Source of the DNA: an uncultured Planctomycetia bacterium
Lineage (GTDB): Bacteria > Planctomycetota > MHYJ01 > WSZJ01 > CAZWCX01
Direction: 5' to 3'
Assembly: GCA_964632945.1 (NCBI GenBank)
Contig: CAZWCX010000022.1
Location: 1 to 64,000, forward strand
Length of the DNA: 64,000 bases
The notes under the pieces are model-generated. The model saw only the letters and a program-made list of their open reading frames with translations, was not told where the DNA came from and ran no database searches. The stretch's first letter is position 1. Each line of letters opens with the position of its first letter. The position numbers and the translations under genes are program-made. Shown piece by piece: positions 1 through 11,255 of this stretch.

Positions 1-47
1 AAAAGCGACCGGACCAACCTGGGAAATCAAGGTTGAAGCCCCACTAG
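1..47 (-). repeat. Dispersed ~55-nt repeat, copy A (inverted, truncated by window edge)
   Basis: The reverse complement of 1..47 is CTAGTGGGGCTTCAACCTTGATTTCCCAGGTTGGTCCGGTCGCTTTT, identical over 47 nt to 61592..61638. It lies ~130 nt 3' of the RND gene on the minus strand. Confidence 0.8.
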
Positions 48-183
48 CCCGGATTCTTCCGAATCGCTTCGCGGTTCGTGAGCCATCCGGCCCCGTCCGG
101 CCGGGAAGGCAGGTCGGAGCGGGACGGCCTCGCCCAGCGTGCGACCCCGTGGGCCGCATGCCGGTCGCCGCAGCGGTTCCCTT

Positions 184-3100
184 CTACCGGTCGGACTCCG
201 CGGCCGGGACCGGCTCGTGAGGTCGGGGCGCAGGCGTCGGGCTCTGGTGCGGCGGGCGGCTGCCGAACAGGCGGTAGAGGGCCGCCTGCGTTTCCAGGGT
301 CACCCCGAAGAGGCTGGGAACCAGGACCAGGGTGAACACGGTCGAAACCAACAGACCGCCCAGGAGTACGGAGCCGAGGCCGCGATACAGTTCGCTTCCT
401 GCCCCGGGAAAAAGCACGAGCGGGAGCAGGCCCATCAGCGTGGTGAGCGTGGTCATGAAGATCGGACGGATTCGGGTGCGCACGCTCTCCACGATGGCCC
501 GGCCGTGGGGCATCCCCTCCTCGCGCATGTGGTTCAGCGCCTGGTGAACGATCAGAATCGGGTTGTTCACCACGGTGCCGATCAGGATGACGAACCCGAG
601 CATGGTCAGGACGTCCAGCGGCTGCAGCACCCATCGGTTGAGCAGCCAGAGCCCGGCCACGCCGCCCACCGCCCCCAGCGGCACCGAGAGGATGATCACG
701 AACGGATAGGTCCAGGACTCGAAGAGGGCGGCCATCAGCAGGTAGGTGATCAGCAGCGCAAGCACGACGTTGAACCGCAGGGCCAGCCAGGTGGAGCGCA
801 ATTTGTCGGCCGTGCCGGACAGGCCGACCCGATACTCCGTCGTCAGCCGGCCGCTGGCCAGCAGGGGCTGCACGATCTTCCGGTCGATGGTCTCCATGGC
901 ATCCTCGAGGGCCATTTCGAGCGGCGGGGAGACCTGGATGGTGATGGCGCGCTCGCGCTCGCGGTGATTGACCTGCTCCGGACCGCTGGCCAGGGTGACC
1001 TCCGCCAGGGCGCGGAGTTGGACGAGGTCGCCGGTGGCGGTGGCGACCGGGAGCGCCTCGATGTCCTGGGTGCGCCCCGAGAAACGGCCCTGTCCGAGCA
1101 GGGTGAGGTCGATTTTGTCCCCGCCGACGAAGTAGTCGGTGGCGTAGGCGCCGTCGACCAGGGCGTTGACGGTGTAGCCGAGATCGCGCGCGTTCATCCC
1201 CAAGTCCGCGGCCTGGTCCCACAGGGGACGTACGTGCACTTCGGGGCTGGACAGGTCGAGGCTGGGTCGGGGAAAGGCCTGCGCGTTCGGGATGGTCATC
1301 ATAACCTGGCCGAGCACCTGGCCGCCCAGGCCGATGAGCGTGGGCAGGTCGGGGCCGGTGATCTCGATGTCGATGCTGCGTCCCGCGCTGAGCCCCTGTT
1401 CGAACAGGCTCGACTGTTTCGCGATGGCGAACGTTCCCGGAATGCCCATGGCGACCTTGCGAATGAGGGGGACCAGGCCGGCGGCGGCGAGCGGGTCCGC
1501 CGCGCGAAGTCCCAGGAAGAGTTGGCGGCCTCGCGCGACGTAAAAGAAGTCTCCGATGGCGGGAAACGGCAGCTTCGCCGCTTCGGGCGATCCGGGGTCG
1601 ACGTCCCAGTAGGGACGCAGATCCTCTTCGAGTCGCTGGCCGATCGCGGTCATCTGGTCGAGGTTGTATCCGGGCGGGGGCAGCAGGATCCCGAACACCA
1701 GATTGCGATTCCCGGTCGGCAGATACTCGACCTTCGGCAGCAGGCGCAGCGTGAGATCGATCGCGCCCCAGGACAGCAGGCCGATCACGACCAGGCGGCG
1801 CACCAGGCCGCGCCCGAGCCAGGCGTTTGTGCCCACGACCGCGGCCACGAACGCGCGACCGAGCAGGTCCAGGGGCCGGAGCAGGACGCCGCCGACGAGT
1901 GCCGCGATCGCGCGATAGGGCAGAGTGAGCGCGCGGACGAGCACGTGCGGAGGCGGTCGGGGTACCTCGTCCCTTCGAGGCAGGATGCGCGCGGTCGCCG
2001 TTGAAATCACGGTGATCGACACCAGCATCGACAGGCCGACCCCGGCGCTGATCGCCAGCGCGATGTCGAGGAAGAGTTGTCCGGACTCCTCCTTCACGAA
2101 CGCCACCGGGATGAAGACGGCCAGGGTGGTCAGGGTCGAGGCGACCACCGCGCCCCACACCTCCCGTGTTCCTTCGATGGCGGCCACGAACGCGGGTTCG
2201 CCGGATTGCCAGCGACGGAAGATGTTCTCCAGGACGACGACGGCGTTGTCGACCAGCATGCCGATGGCGAACGCCAGGCCGGCCAGACTGATGACGTTGA
2301 GCGACCGTCCCAGGAGCTGCATCACCAGGAAGGTGCCGATGATCGAGGTGGGGATGGCGAGGCCGATGACGAGGGTCGAACGTCCGCTGCGCAGGAAGAG
2401 GAGGAGGACCACGACGGTCAGGAGCCCGCCGTAGACGATGTTCTGCTGCACGAGGCCCACGGCGGAGTGGATGTACTCGGTCTCATCGTACACCTGCTTG
2501 AGCATGAGGCGATGCTGGCCCACGGCGCCGGCGTTCAATTCGGCCATCGCCCTGCGCAGTCCGGCCATCACTTCCAGCACGTTCGCGCCGCTCTCCCGGA
2601 TGCAGTTGACGGCGATGGCGGAGGTGCCGAAGTTTCTCACCATGCCGTCGGGTTTCTTGAACCCCTTGCGGACCTCGGCGACGTCGCGCACGTAGACCGG
2701 GGCGCCGTCGCGGCGGGACAGCAGCGTGTCGGCCACTTCGTCGAGGGATCGGTACTGGCCGATGGTCCGCACCACGTAGCGCCGTTTCCCCTCCCAGAAG
2801 TCCCCCGCCGAGGTGTCCCGGTTGCGGCCGCGCAAGGCGTCGCGCACGTGCATGACCGTGAGGCCCCGCGCGGCGAGGCGCTCCGGGTCGAAGACCACCT
2901 GGACCTCTTCTTCCCGCCCCCCGAAGACGTTGGAATTGGAGACTCCGGGGACGCGTTCGAAGCGCGCTTCGATGACGTCCTGCGCGAACTTGCGCATCTC
3001 GGTGATGTCGATTTCCGGCGGGAGGAGCTCCCGGTACACGGAGTCCGCATCGGCGGCGTATCGGAGCCGTCGCAGCATCAGTCCGGCATTCTGCGCCCGT

Positions 3101-3609
3101 CGCATCGGCGCCAGTCCGGCCGCCTTGTCGGGATGGCGCCGCTCGAACGCAGCGATGTCCGCGTCGCTCGGCAATGCGGGGCCGAGGATGAACCAGGCGA
3201 TCGGCGTGTTGGCGGAGTTCGCGGTGCTCAGGACCGGTTCCTGGGCGTCCTCGGGATACTCGCGCACCTGGGCCAAGCGGGTGTTCACGAGGAGCAGCGC
3301 CTTGCTCATGTCCGTGCCGGCGATGAACTCCAGGGTGATGGTCCCCATGGAGTCGGTGCTTTCCGACGACATCTTGATCACGCCCTCGACGCCCTTGAGC
3401 TGTTCCTCCTGCGCCTGGACGATCTCGCGCTCGACCTCCTGGGGACTGGCGCCCGGCCAGATGGTCTGCACGGTGATGGTGGGGGTCTCCACCTCGGGGG
3501 TGAGCTGCATCGGCATGCGAAAGAGGGCGATGGTGCCGAAAAGGGCGACCAGGAGGACGCCGACGGCGACCTTGACGGGGTTGTGGACGAAGGCATGGAC
3601 GAGATTCAT
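184..3609 (-). CDS. RND family efflux transporter permease (HAE1/AcrB-CzcA-like), 1141 aa
   Basis: Full-length ORF. Multi-TM architecture with two large periplasmic loops and N-terminus MNLVHAFVHNPVKVAVGVLLVALFG typical of AcrB/CzcA. It sits downstream of a membrane-fusion protein gene. Confidence 0.9.
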   Translation of the reverse strand: MNLVHAFVHNPVKVAVGVLLVALFGTIALFRMPMQLTPEVETPTITVQTIWPGASPQEVEREIVQAQEEQLKGVEGVIKMSSESTDSMGTITLEFIAGTDMSKALLLVNTRLAQVREYPEDAQEPVLSTANSANTPIAWFILGPALPSDADIAAFERRHPDKAAGLAPMRRAQNAGLMLRRLRYAADADSVYRELLPPEIDITEMRKFAQDVIEARFERVPGVSNSNVFGGREEEVQVVFDPERLAARGLTVMHVRDALRGRNRDTSAGDFWEGKRRYVVRTIGQYRSLDEVADTLLSRRDGAPVYVRDVAEVRKGFKKPDGMVRNFGTSAIAVNCIRESGANVLEVMAGLRRAMAELNAGAVGQHRLMLKQVYDETEYIHSAVGLVQQNIVYGGLLTVVVLLLFLRSGRSTLVIGLAIPTSIIGTFLVMQLLGRSLNVISLAGLAFAIGMLVDNAVVVLENIFRRWQSGEPAFVAAIEGTREVWGAVVASTLTTLAVFIPVAFVKEESGQLFLDIALAISAGVGLSMLVSITVISTATARILPRRDEVPRPPPHVLVRALTLPYRAIAALVGGVLLRPLDLLGRAFVAAVVGTNAWLGRGLVRRLVVIGLLSWGAIDLTLRLLPKVEYLPTGNRNLVFGILLPPPGYNLDQMTAIGQRLEEDLRPYWDVDPGSPEAAKLPFPAIGDFFYVARGRQLFLGLRAADPLAAAGLVPLIRKVAMGIPGTFAIAKQSSLFEQGLSAGRSIDIEITGPDLPTLIGLGGQVLGQVMMTIPNAQAFPRPSLDLSSPEVHVRPLWDQAADLGMNARDLGYTVNALVDGAYATDYFVGGDKIDLTLLGQGRFSGRTQDIEALPVATATGDLVQLRALAEVTLASGPEQVNHRERERAITIQVSPPLEMALEDAMETIDRKIVQPLLASGRLTTEYRVGLSGTADKLRSTWLALRFNVVLALLITYLLMAALFESWTYPFVIILSVPLGAVGGVAGLWLLNRWVLQPLDVLTMLGFVILIGTVVNNPILIVHQALNHMREEGMPHGRAIVESVRTRIRPIFMTTLTTLMGLLPLVLFPGAGSELYRGLGSVLLGGLLVSTVFTLVLVPSLFGVTLETQAALYRLFGSRPPHQSPTPAPRPHEPVPAAESDR

Positions 3610-3643
3610 GGGGCCTCGGGGGAGCAGAACAACAGAGGTACGG

Positions 3644-4936
3644 TCACTTCCGGGGCGGCTCCTCGGCCGGGACGATCAGAATCTCCTGGCCGGGACGCAG
3701 ACGTTCGTTTCCCTGGGCGACGACCCGCACGCCCGCCTGGAGCGGACCGTGCACCTCGATCCAGCCGCCCGCGGCGATTCCCGTCCGGACCGGGACCGGG
3801 CGGACGGTCGCCTTGCCCTCGCCGGCGTCGTCGACGACCCAGACCATGGGGGCGGGACCTCCGAGGACCAGCGAGTCCTTGGGCACGAGCAGGGTGCGCA
3901 CGGGGGCGCCGACCGCGAGGGTGACGCGGGCGAACATCCCCGCCTTCAGAAGGACGCCTCCCTGCGCCTCCCGGTTCTGGAGCCGGACTTTCACCGGAAA
4001 GGTGCGCGCGCGAACATCCGCCTGGGGAACGACGGCGGAGATTTCGCCGCGGAACTCCTCGCCCGGGAGGGCGCCGATCTCGACGCGGGCGGGCTGGCCC
4101 GGGCCGAGTCGGCGGACGTGGTCTTCCAGGACCTGGGTTTCCGCGTCGATCACGTCGAGTTCCGCGATTTCGGCGACGAGCCCGCCCTTGGAGAGCCAGC
4201 GGCCGATCTCGGCGAATTCGGCGACCACGAACCCGTCGAACGGAGCCTTCACGAGGTGTCGCTCCCGCTCGTCTTCGAGGGCGCGGACCGCTTGTTCCTG
4301 CATGGCGACTTTCGCCTGCGCCTGGGCGACCCGTTCGCTCCGAGTGCCTTCTTCCATCATTTCGAGCGCGGCCCGGGCCCCGAGAAGTTCCTGTTCGGCG
4401 CGGCGCCAGTCGGTCTCCGCCTGATCGAGTTCGCCCTCGCTCACGGTGCGCGGCTCGAACAGCCGGCGCATGCGCTGCAAGTTGGTGTGGGCGTAGTCGA
4501 GGCGGGCCTGGGAGGAGGCGAGCCGGGCCCGGGCCTGATCGATCTCCTTGGGTCTCCAGCCGTTCTCGAGCTCGGTCAGTTCCTCGCGACGGAGCGACAA
4601 TTCCGCGGCGGCCTGGGCGATGCGGATATCGACCGTGTCGGTGCGGAGGCGGGCGAGCAGATCCCCCGTCTTCACCCGCTTGCCGACGCGCGCGAGGAAC
4701 TCCACGACGAAGCCGTCGACCTGGCTGCCGACTTGGGAGGAGCGGGCGGCGACCAGGGTCGCGACGAAGGTCCGCTCCTCGGACACCTCGCGTTCCTCCG
4801 CCACGGCGACCCGGACCGGGGAAGGTCCGAAGCCCTGTGGTCGGGCCGGCGGGGCGGCCAAGCCGAGGATCGCGAGCAACAGGACGCAGGAAGAGGGCGC
4901 CGTGCGAGGTTCGGGAGGTCGGGGCAGGGGGATCAT
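3644..4936 (-). CDS. RND efflux membrane fusion (periplasmic adaptor) protein, HlyD family
   Basis: Signal/TM segment followed by coiled-coil and beta-barrel regions typical of MFPs. Start chosen at MIPLP (4936) with AGGAG 7 nt upstream; the ORF-track start at 5071 would overlap marR. Confidence 0.8.
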   Translation of the reverse strand: MIPLPRPPEPRTAPSSCVLLLAILGLAAPPARPQGFGPSPVRVAVAEEREVSEERTFVATLVAARSSQVGSQVDGFVVEFLARVGKRVKTGDLLARLRTDTVDIRIAQAAAELSLRREELTELENGWRPKEIDQARARLASSQARLDYAHTNLQRMRRLFEPRTVSEGELDQAETDWRRAEQELLGARAALEMMEEGTRSERVAQAQAKVAMQEQAVRALEDERERHLVKAPFDGFVVAEFAEIGRWLSKGGLVAEIAELDVIDAETQVLEDHVRRLGPGQPARVEIGALPGEEFRGEISAVVPQADVRARTFPVKVRLQNREAQGGVLLKAGMFARVTLAVGAPVRTLLVPKDSLVLGGPAPMVWVVDDAGEGKATVRPVPVRTGIAAGGWIEVHGPLQAGVRVVAQGNERLRPGQEILIVPAEEPPRK

Positions 4937-4940
4937 CGAT

Positions 4941-5393
4941 TCACTCCTGGGGAGATTCACGAGGCACGAGATTGCGCTGGATCCGGTCGAGCGAGCCGCG
5001 CAGCGCCTCCAGCCGGGCCCGACCAAGCCCGCGCGTGGCGCGTGCGCGCACGCGCCGGAGGCAGCGGACAATCTTCGGCCAGGCGGAAATCGCTCGACGC
5101 GCGGGACGGACCCACTTCTTGCGCCGATCGGACGCGCAGGGCTCGCGCACGATCCAGCGGTCCCGCTCCATGCGATCGAGCATCCCGAGCAGGGTCGGCA
5201 GCTCGAGGCTCATGCGCTCGGCCAACTCGGAGGGGGAGAGGTCGCGCCCGGCCGCGGCGAGGCAGGCGATGACCTGCCATTGCCGCGTCGTGATTCCCAG
5301 CGGCGCGAGTTCGTCGCCGAGGGCCCGTTCCATCGACTGTTTGGTCAGGTACAGCCAGTACCCGAGGCTCGCTTCGAAGTCGTACTTGAGCAC
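4941..5393 (-). CDS. MarR family transcriptional regulator (GTG start)
   Basis: 150-aa winged-helix protein (…LSPSELAERMSLELPTLLGMLDRMERDRWIVRE…). Its stop TGA overlaps the RBS of the downstream MFP gene. AGGAA lies 8 nt upstream of the GTG. Confidence 0.75.
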   Translation of the reverse strand: MLKYDFEASLGYWLYLTKQSMERALGDELAPLGITTRQWQVIACLAAAGRDLSPSELAERMSLELPTLLGMLDRMERDRWIVREPCASDRRKKWVRPARRAISAWPKIVRCLRRVRARATRGLGRARLEALRGSLDRIQRNLVPRESPQE

Positions 5394-6343
5394 GAGAGAT
5401 TCCTGAAGGTTAGTAGGCTAAGCAATCCAGGATACCCTCCGGGCGCGTGCCGTCCAAGGGTTTTCGTTGCGTCGGGTTCGGTGCGACGCGGGCGTCGCTC
5501 GGCGGGGGGCAGGGTCCTGCCGCGCATCGCGCTCCGCCGCCATCCCGGGAGACGGATGTCACGCTGGAATCGTGGGGCGCGGACCGGCGTCGGCGGGGCG
5601 GCGGACGGGCAGCGTCACCAGAGTCCGAGTGTCGGCCGCCCATCCGAGAAGACCGCAGCGGGCGAACCCGAGGCCGTTGACGTGCCCGTGCCACGAGGCC
5701 ATGCGCGGGATGTCCATGTACGGCCGGCGCTCCGGGTTCCGGGAAGAAGGAGAAGGCCGCCACCGCTCCCGCCCAGGGGGCGACTCGCACGCACTTCTCC
5801 TCTGCCTCGCGGCAACGCCTGCCCGGATCGAGGGCGGCCGCCCGCGGGAGTCGGAGGGGGACCAGCACCAGGGGACCCGCAGGACGGCCCATTCGACCGA
5901 TCCAAGCCGCACGAAGCCGGCCCCGGCGGCCAGCGCCGCCCTCGACCCCGTCCCGGCACCGATCGCGAGATTCCACCCGGGTCGTCCCGGTCTCCTGGGC
6001 CGCTGCATGGGCACTCCTCCGTATGGGGTCATGGGGCTCCATCCTCGAATGCCGCCACCGTGCGTACGGGTTGCGCGTCGAGCGCCGCGCGCAAGTGCCG
6101 CTCAACACAAGGAATAGGTGGACTTCGAATTCTACCGTTTTTCCCCTAAGATCCCCCGCCCGGCCCCGACGTAGAGGGTGCCTTGCCGATGACACCGCGA
6201 GGCGGAGGAAAGACGCGATCGAACGGTCGGAATCGGGATCAACCGGATCCGCGCGCGAGAGCGCGCGGCGGACCGACGCGATAGAGACTGGACCGGACTG
6301 TGACCCTGGACCCTCTCCCAACCCCCATCCACCGGAGGTAGCC

Positions 6344-6613
6344 ATGATCGGCCGCTTCGCTCGAATTCACGACCGCAATTTCCGCAAGGTGCAGGCGCAG
6401 GGGATGACCGAGTACATCATCGTCGTGTCGTTGGTGGCCATCGCGTGCATCACCGCGGTGACCGTGTTCGGGCAGAAGATCTCCCGCCTGTTCGTTGCCG
6501 CGACCGAGTCCATCGACAAGGGGGCACCGGTCAATTCGCAAGCATCGCAGGTCGACCGCGTCAACACCAACGCGACCTTGGCCAACATGGAGGACCTCGG
6601 CGGCGGGAGCTAA
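6344..6613 (+). CDS. Flp/Fap family type IVb prepilin (89 aa)
   Basis: GGAGG RBS 6 nt upstream. 20-aa leader ending QG, then MTEYIIVVSLVAIACITAVTVFG, the Flp G/xxxEY processing motif plus a hydrophobic helix. No tad/cpa genes are nearby. Confidence 0.7.
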   Translation: MIGRFARIHDRNFRKVQAQGMTEYIIVVSLVAIACITAVTVFGQKISRLFVAATESIDKGAPVNSQASQVDRVNTNATLANMEDLGGGS

Positions 6614-6700
6614 CGCGCTCGCTTCGCTCCCCCGGGTGGGGCGGGAGGGAAGGGCGGTTTCCCGCTCTTCCCGCCCCGGTTTGCGGATTGGAGGCGGGAC

Positions 6701-7600
6701 ATGAAACCGACGACCTGGACTCTCACGCCGCGCTCGATCGCGATGGTCGCGGCCTTGATGGTGTTGGCGGGGGGCGTGTGGATCGCGCTCCGGTCCGCGC
6801 GGCCCTGGCCCGCGAATTCGTCGGGCTGGACGGTGTGCGATTGGCATCAGTACCTCGCCGCTCAGCGCCGCACCCAGATCGAGCGGTTGCGGGCGTACAT
6901 CGACCGCGGCGAGTTTCCCCGCAATCTCCACCGCCCGTTCGGGCCGATTCCGTATTTCGTCGATGTCGACGGTACCCGATGTGCGGTCGGGCACCTCATG
7001 GACATGGACGGCTGGCGGCGGGACGTCGAGGCGATTGCGCGCGCGAACAACCACGTCTACGTTGCCGATGTGACCTCCGGCCCGCTGGTGGACTGGATTC
7101 GCACTTCCGGTCTCACCCAGGAGGAATGCGCGCGGATCCAGCCTTCGTACAATTTCGAACCGTACCGACCGGGCGATCAACTGCCGGAGTTCGAGGTCCA
7201 GGGGGAGCGCGAGCGGATCCGCGCCCACCTCCTGCAGGTGGAGGGCGAACTGGTTCGCGACACCGTGGCGAGTCTGACCGTGGCGCTCGATCGGCTCCTG
7301 GGCACGCTGCCGAGGCCGGCGGGGATCCGCACGGCCGGGTTCATCGTCGACGCTCCCGTTCCGGCCGGCGGGTGGCGAAAGGTCGAGAACCGATCGGCGG
7401 CGATCGCCCGGGTGCGGGTTATGGAAGTCGGCGCGGACGGACTCAAGCGCCACGGCAGCGACTGGGTGACGATTCCGCCCCGGGGAACCGCGGTCTCCGA
7501 GCCGAAGGCGCCGGGTTCGACCTACGTCCTGGAGTGGAACTACGTGGGCGCGGTGCCGGAGCAGGCTCCCGTCGCCGTGGTGCGCGAGAACGCGCGGTGA
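6701..7600 (+). CDS. Hypothetical protein with N-terminal TM anchor (299 aa)
   Basis: Long ORF with protein-like composition and an N-terminal hydrophobic segment (IAMVAALMVLAGGVWIAL). No family recognised. Confidence 0.55.
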   Translation: MKPTTWTLTPRSIAMVAALMVLAGGVWIALRSARPWPANSSGWTVCDWHQYLAAQRRTQIERLRAYIDRGEFPRNLHRPFGPIPYFVDVDGTRCAVGHLMDMDGWRRDVEAIARANNHVYVADVTSGPLVDWIRTSGLTQEECARIQPSYNFEPYRPGDQLPEFEVQGERERIRAHLLQVEGELVRDTVASLTVALDRLLGTLPRPAGIRTAGFIVDAPVPAGGWRKVENRSAAIARVRVMEVGADGLKRHGSDWVTIPPRGTAVSEPKAPGSTYVLEWNYVGAVPEQAPVAVVRENAR

Positions 7601-7622
7601 CGGCGCGGGACCGATCCCGCCG

Positions 7623-8423
7623 TCAGGAGAGGAAGCGCTTCAGGAAATCGCGTGTGCGCGCCTCCCGGGGCTCCTTGAACACCTGGGCGGGGGGGCCGGA
7701 CTCGACGATGGTCCCCCCGTCCAGGAAGAGCACCTGGTCGGAGACGTCGCGGGCGAATCTCATCTCGTGGGTCACCACCATCTGCGTCATGCCCTCCTCG
7801 TCGAGTGAGCGCATGACGGACAACACCTCCTCGACGAGGGCGGGATCGAGGGCCGAGGTCGGCTCGTCGTACAGGAGCACATCCGGTTCCATCGCCAGCG
7901 CGCGCGCGATGGCCACCCGCTGCTGCTGACCGCCCGAGAGCTGGCTCGGGTAGCAGAGCGCCTTGTCGGAGAGTCCCACCTTGATGAGCAGGAGGGCGGC
8001 CTTGGCCTCGGCCATGCTTCGTTCCATGCGCTTGACCACGGTCGGGCCCAGGATGATGTTCTCGAGCACGGTGAGGTGAGGGAAGAGGTTGAACTGCTGG
8101 AAGACCATGCCCGTATGCCGGCGCAGGTTGCGCAGGGCGGCCGCGCGGGCTGGGGCGGAGACGCCGTTGGCCAGTCCGGGGATCTCGACCCCCGCCACGA
8201 CGGCGCGTCCGGTGTCGAAGCCCTCGAGGCCGTTCATGCAGCGCAGGAGCGTGGACTTGCCCGACCCCGAGGGGCCGATGAGCACGGTCAGCTGGGAGCG
8301 GTTCACGCGGAAGGTGACGTCGCGGAGGACCGCCTGGGCTTGGAACGCCTTGCAGAGGCCCTGCACCTCGATCACGGGAAGTTCGGCGGGCGGAGGCGCC
8401 GAATCCGGTTTGGAGTCGGTCAT
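7623..8423 (-). CDS. ABC transporter ATP-binding protein (polar amino-acid uptake type)
   Basis: Walker [13 protein letters not shown] signature [15 protein letters not shown] and Walker [12 protein letters not shown]. Start at MTDSKPD; the ORF-track N-terminal extension was rejected. Confidence 0.9.
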   Translation of the reverse strand: MTDSKPDSAPPPAELPVIEVQGLCKAFQAQAVLRDVTFRVNRSQLTVLIGPSGSGKSTLLRCMNGLEGFDTGRAVVAGVEIPGLANGVSAPARAAALRNLRRHTGMVFQQFNLFPHLTVLENIILGPTVVKRMERSMAEAKAALLLIKVGLSDKALCYPSQLSGGQQQRVAIARALAMEPDVLLYDEPTSALDPALVEEVLSVMRSLDEEGMTQMVVTHEMRFARDVSDQVLFLDGGTIVESGPPAQVFKEPREARTRDFLKRFLS

Positions 8424-8434
8424 CTTGGGGTCCC

Positions 8435-9988
<1,554 letters not shown>

Positions 9989-10104
9989 CGGATCGGCACC
10001 TCCGGAGACCGGTCGGGGAAGCGAAGCGGTGGAGAGCATAGCGAAATCGCGCTCTCCTGAGAAGCGAGTGGTGCGCCGGAGTTTTCCCCCGCCGGGCGTT
10101 CCGG

Positions 10105-11097
10105 CTACTTGCGGACTTCCTCCGGCGCGAGCAACCCCGCGCGCCCGGCCGCACCGGTGAGCGTGTCGAAGACCAGCGGGACCGCCAGGTCGGCGCGCGC
10201 GGCGCGGACCGCCTCCACCACGCGCGCCGCGCAGGCCGCCGCCGTCTCCTGGTGGAATCCGATGGAGACGTGCACGTCGGACCCGCTCTGTTGGGCGCGA
10301 CGGGCCGCGTCGCGGAGGTGCTCGATCATCTCCGCGGTCGTGACGTAGTCGGCGAGCGCCCCGGTATCGGGCATCTCCGCCAAGGCGCCGGCCGGGGTTT
10401 CCACGCGGAAGGGCTGGGTTGCGGGCGTGACTCCCGGCCACAGCGCCCGGATGCGATCGACCAGGGGGAGCCCGGCGACCTCATCGTGCCACGCCGTGGA
10501 TCCGGCCGATGCGTCCACGCGGAACCCTTCGGCGCGGATCGCCTCGAGCACGCCCGGCGAGGCCATCCAGCCCCCGGCCCGGAACGAGGCCGCGAGGGGG
10601 AAGCCGGCGGCCTCGAGGGTGTCCCGGGCGGCACGCACGATCGCGCGGATCTCCGCCACGTCGTATGCCGCAAGCTCCACGTCGTGTCCCAGGTCCCCAT
10701 CGTGGTTCGTGGGCGGGTACTTCGGCCCCCAGAAGGTCGGTCCGGGGCGGAACGTGACCCCCGCCCGGTCGACGAGGGACTTCCAGCAGTGAACGTGCAG
10801 CCCGAGCTCGTCCCCCTCGCGAACCGTCGAACGGATCCGTTCCGCGATCGCCCCGGCGTCCGCCCCCGGTCGCGTGAAGTAGGCGGCATTGAGGAACTGG
10901 GTCAGGGGAACGTCCGGGAGCGCGCGACGGAATTCGCGCATCGCCTCCAGATTTCGCTCGGCGAGATCGGTCCCCTCCCAGTCGACGCTGACCGCCACCA
11001 CTACCCGGGGCGATTTCGGCCCCGGTGCCGGCGGATCGGCCGAAGCCGGGACGAGGAGCGCGAACCAGACGGCGAGGAGGACGGCCTGGGAGCGCAT
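10105..11097 (-). CDS. Secreted hypothetical protein, possibly polysaccharide-deacetylase-like
   Basis: Signal peptide MRSQAVLLAVWFALLVPASA, then a His/Asp-containing domain (…ELGLHVHCWKSL…) weakly reminiscent of CE4-type esterases. Low functional certainty. Confidence 0.5.
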   Translation of the reverse strand: MRSQAVLLAVWFALLVPASADPPAPGPKSPRVVVAVSVDWEGTDLAERNLEAMREFRRALPDVPLTQFLNAAYFTRPGADAGAIAERIRSTVREGDELGLHVHCWKSLVDRAGVTFRPGPTFWGPKYPPTNHDGDLGHDVELAAYDVAEIRAIVRAARDTLEAAGFPLAASFRAGGWMASPGVLEAIRAEGFRVDASAGSTAWHDEVAGLPLVDRIRALWPGVTPATQPFRVETPAGALAEMPDTGALADYVTTAEMIEHLRDAARRAQQSGSDVHVSIGFHQETAAACAARVVEAVRAARADLAVPLVFDTLTGAAGRAGLLAPEEVRK

Positions 11098-11255
11098 GGG
11101 GAAACTGCTCCTGTGCAGCGAATCATCCGGGTTCGACCGGCATGATACCCGTCCGGGGCGGGCGGGTCCGCGAAATTCGATCCCCGCCCGGTGGGGGCGG
11201 AGCGCCCGGCGACCCCAGCGCAGCCCGCCGGGGGAGGGATCCGTCGCCGGCACGT

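Noticed and set aside
44-2158. 704-aa minus-strand ORF, plus 139..2004(+), 2077..3924(+) and 2813..5272(+), overlapping the RND/MFP genes
   Set aside because: Extreme Arg/Pro/Gly/His composition with no hydrophobic core. These are out-of-frame or antisense shadows of the real RND and MFP genes, typical of ~70% GC DNA.
3644-5071. ORF-track start of the MFP gene at 5071
   Set aside because: It would overlap 130 nt of marR. The internal ATG at 4936 has an AGGAG RBS and begins the signal/TM segment.
5410-6345. 311-aa minus ORF and 5467..6117(+) / 5559..6032(-) ORFs in the marR–flp intergenic region
   Set aside because: Arg/Pro/Gly-rich, no domains and no RBS. The region is treated as non-coding and flagged as an unusually long leader instead.
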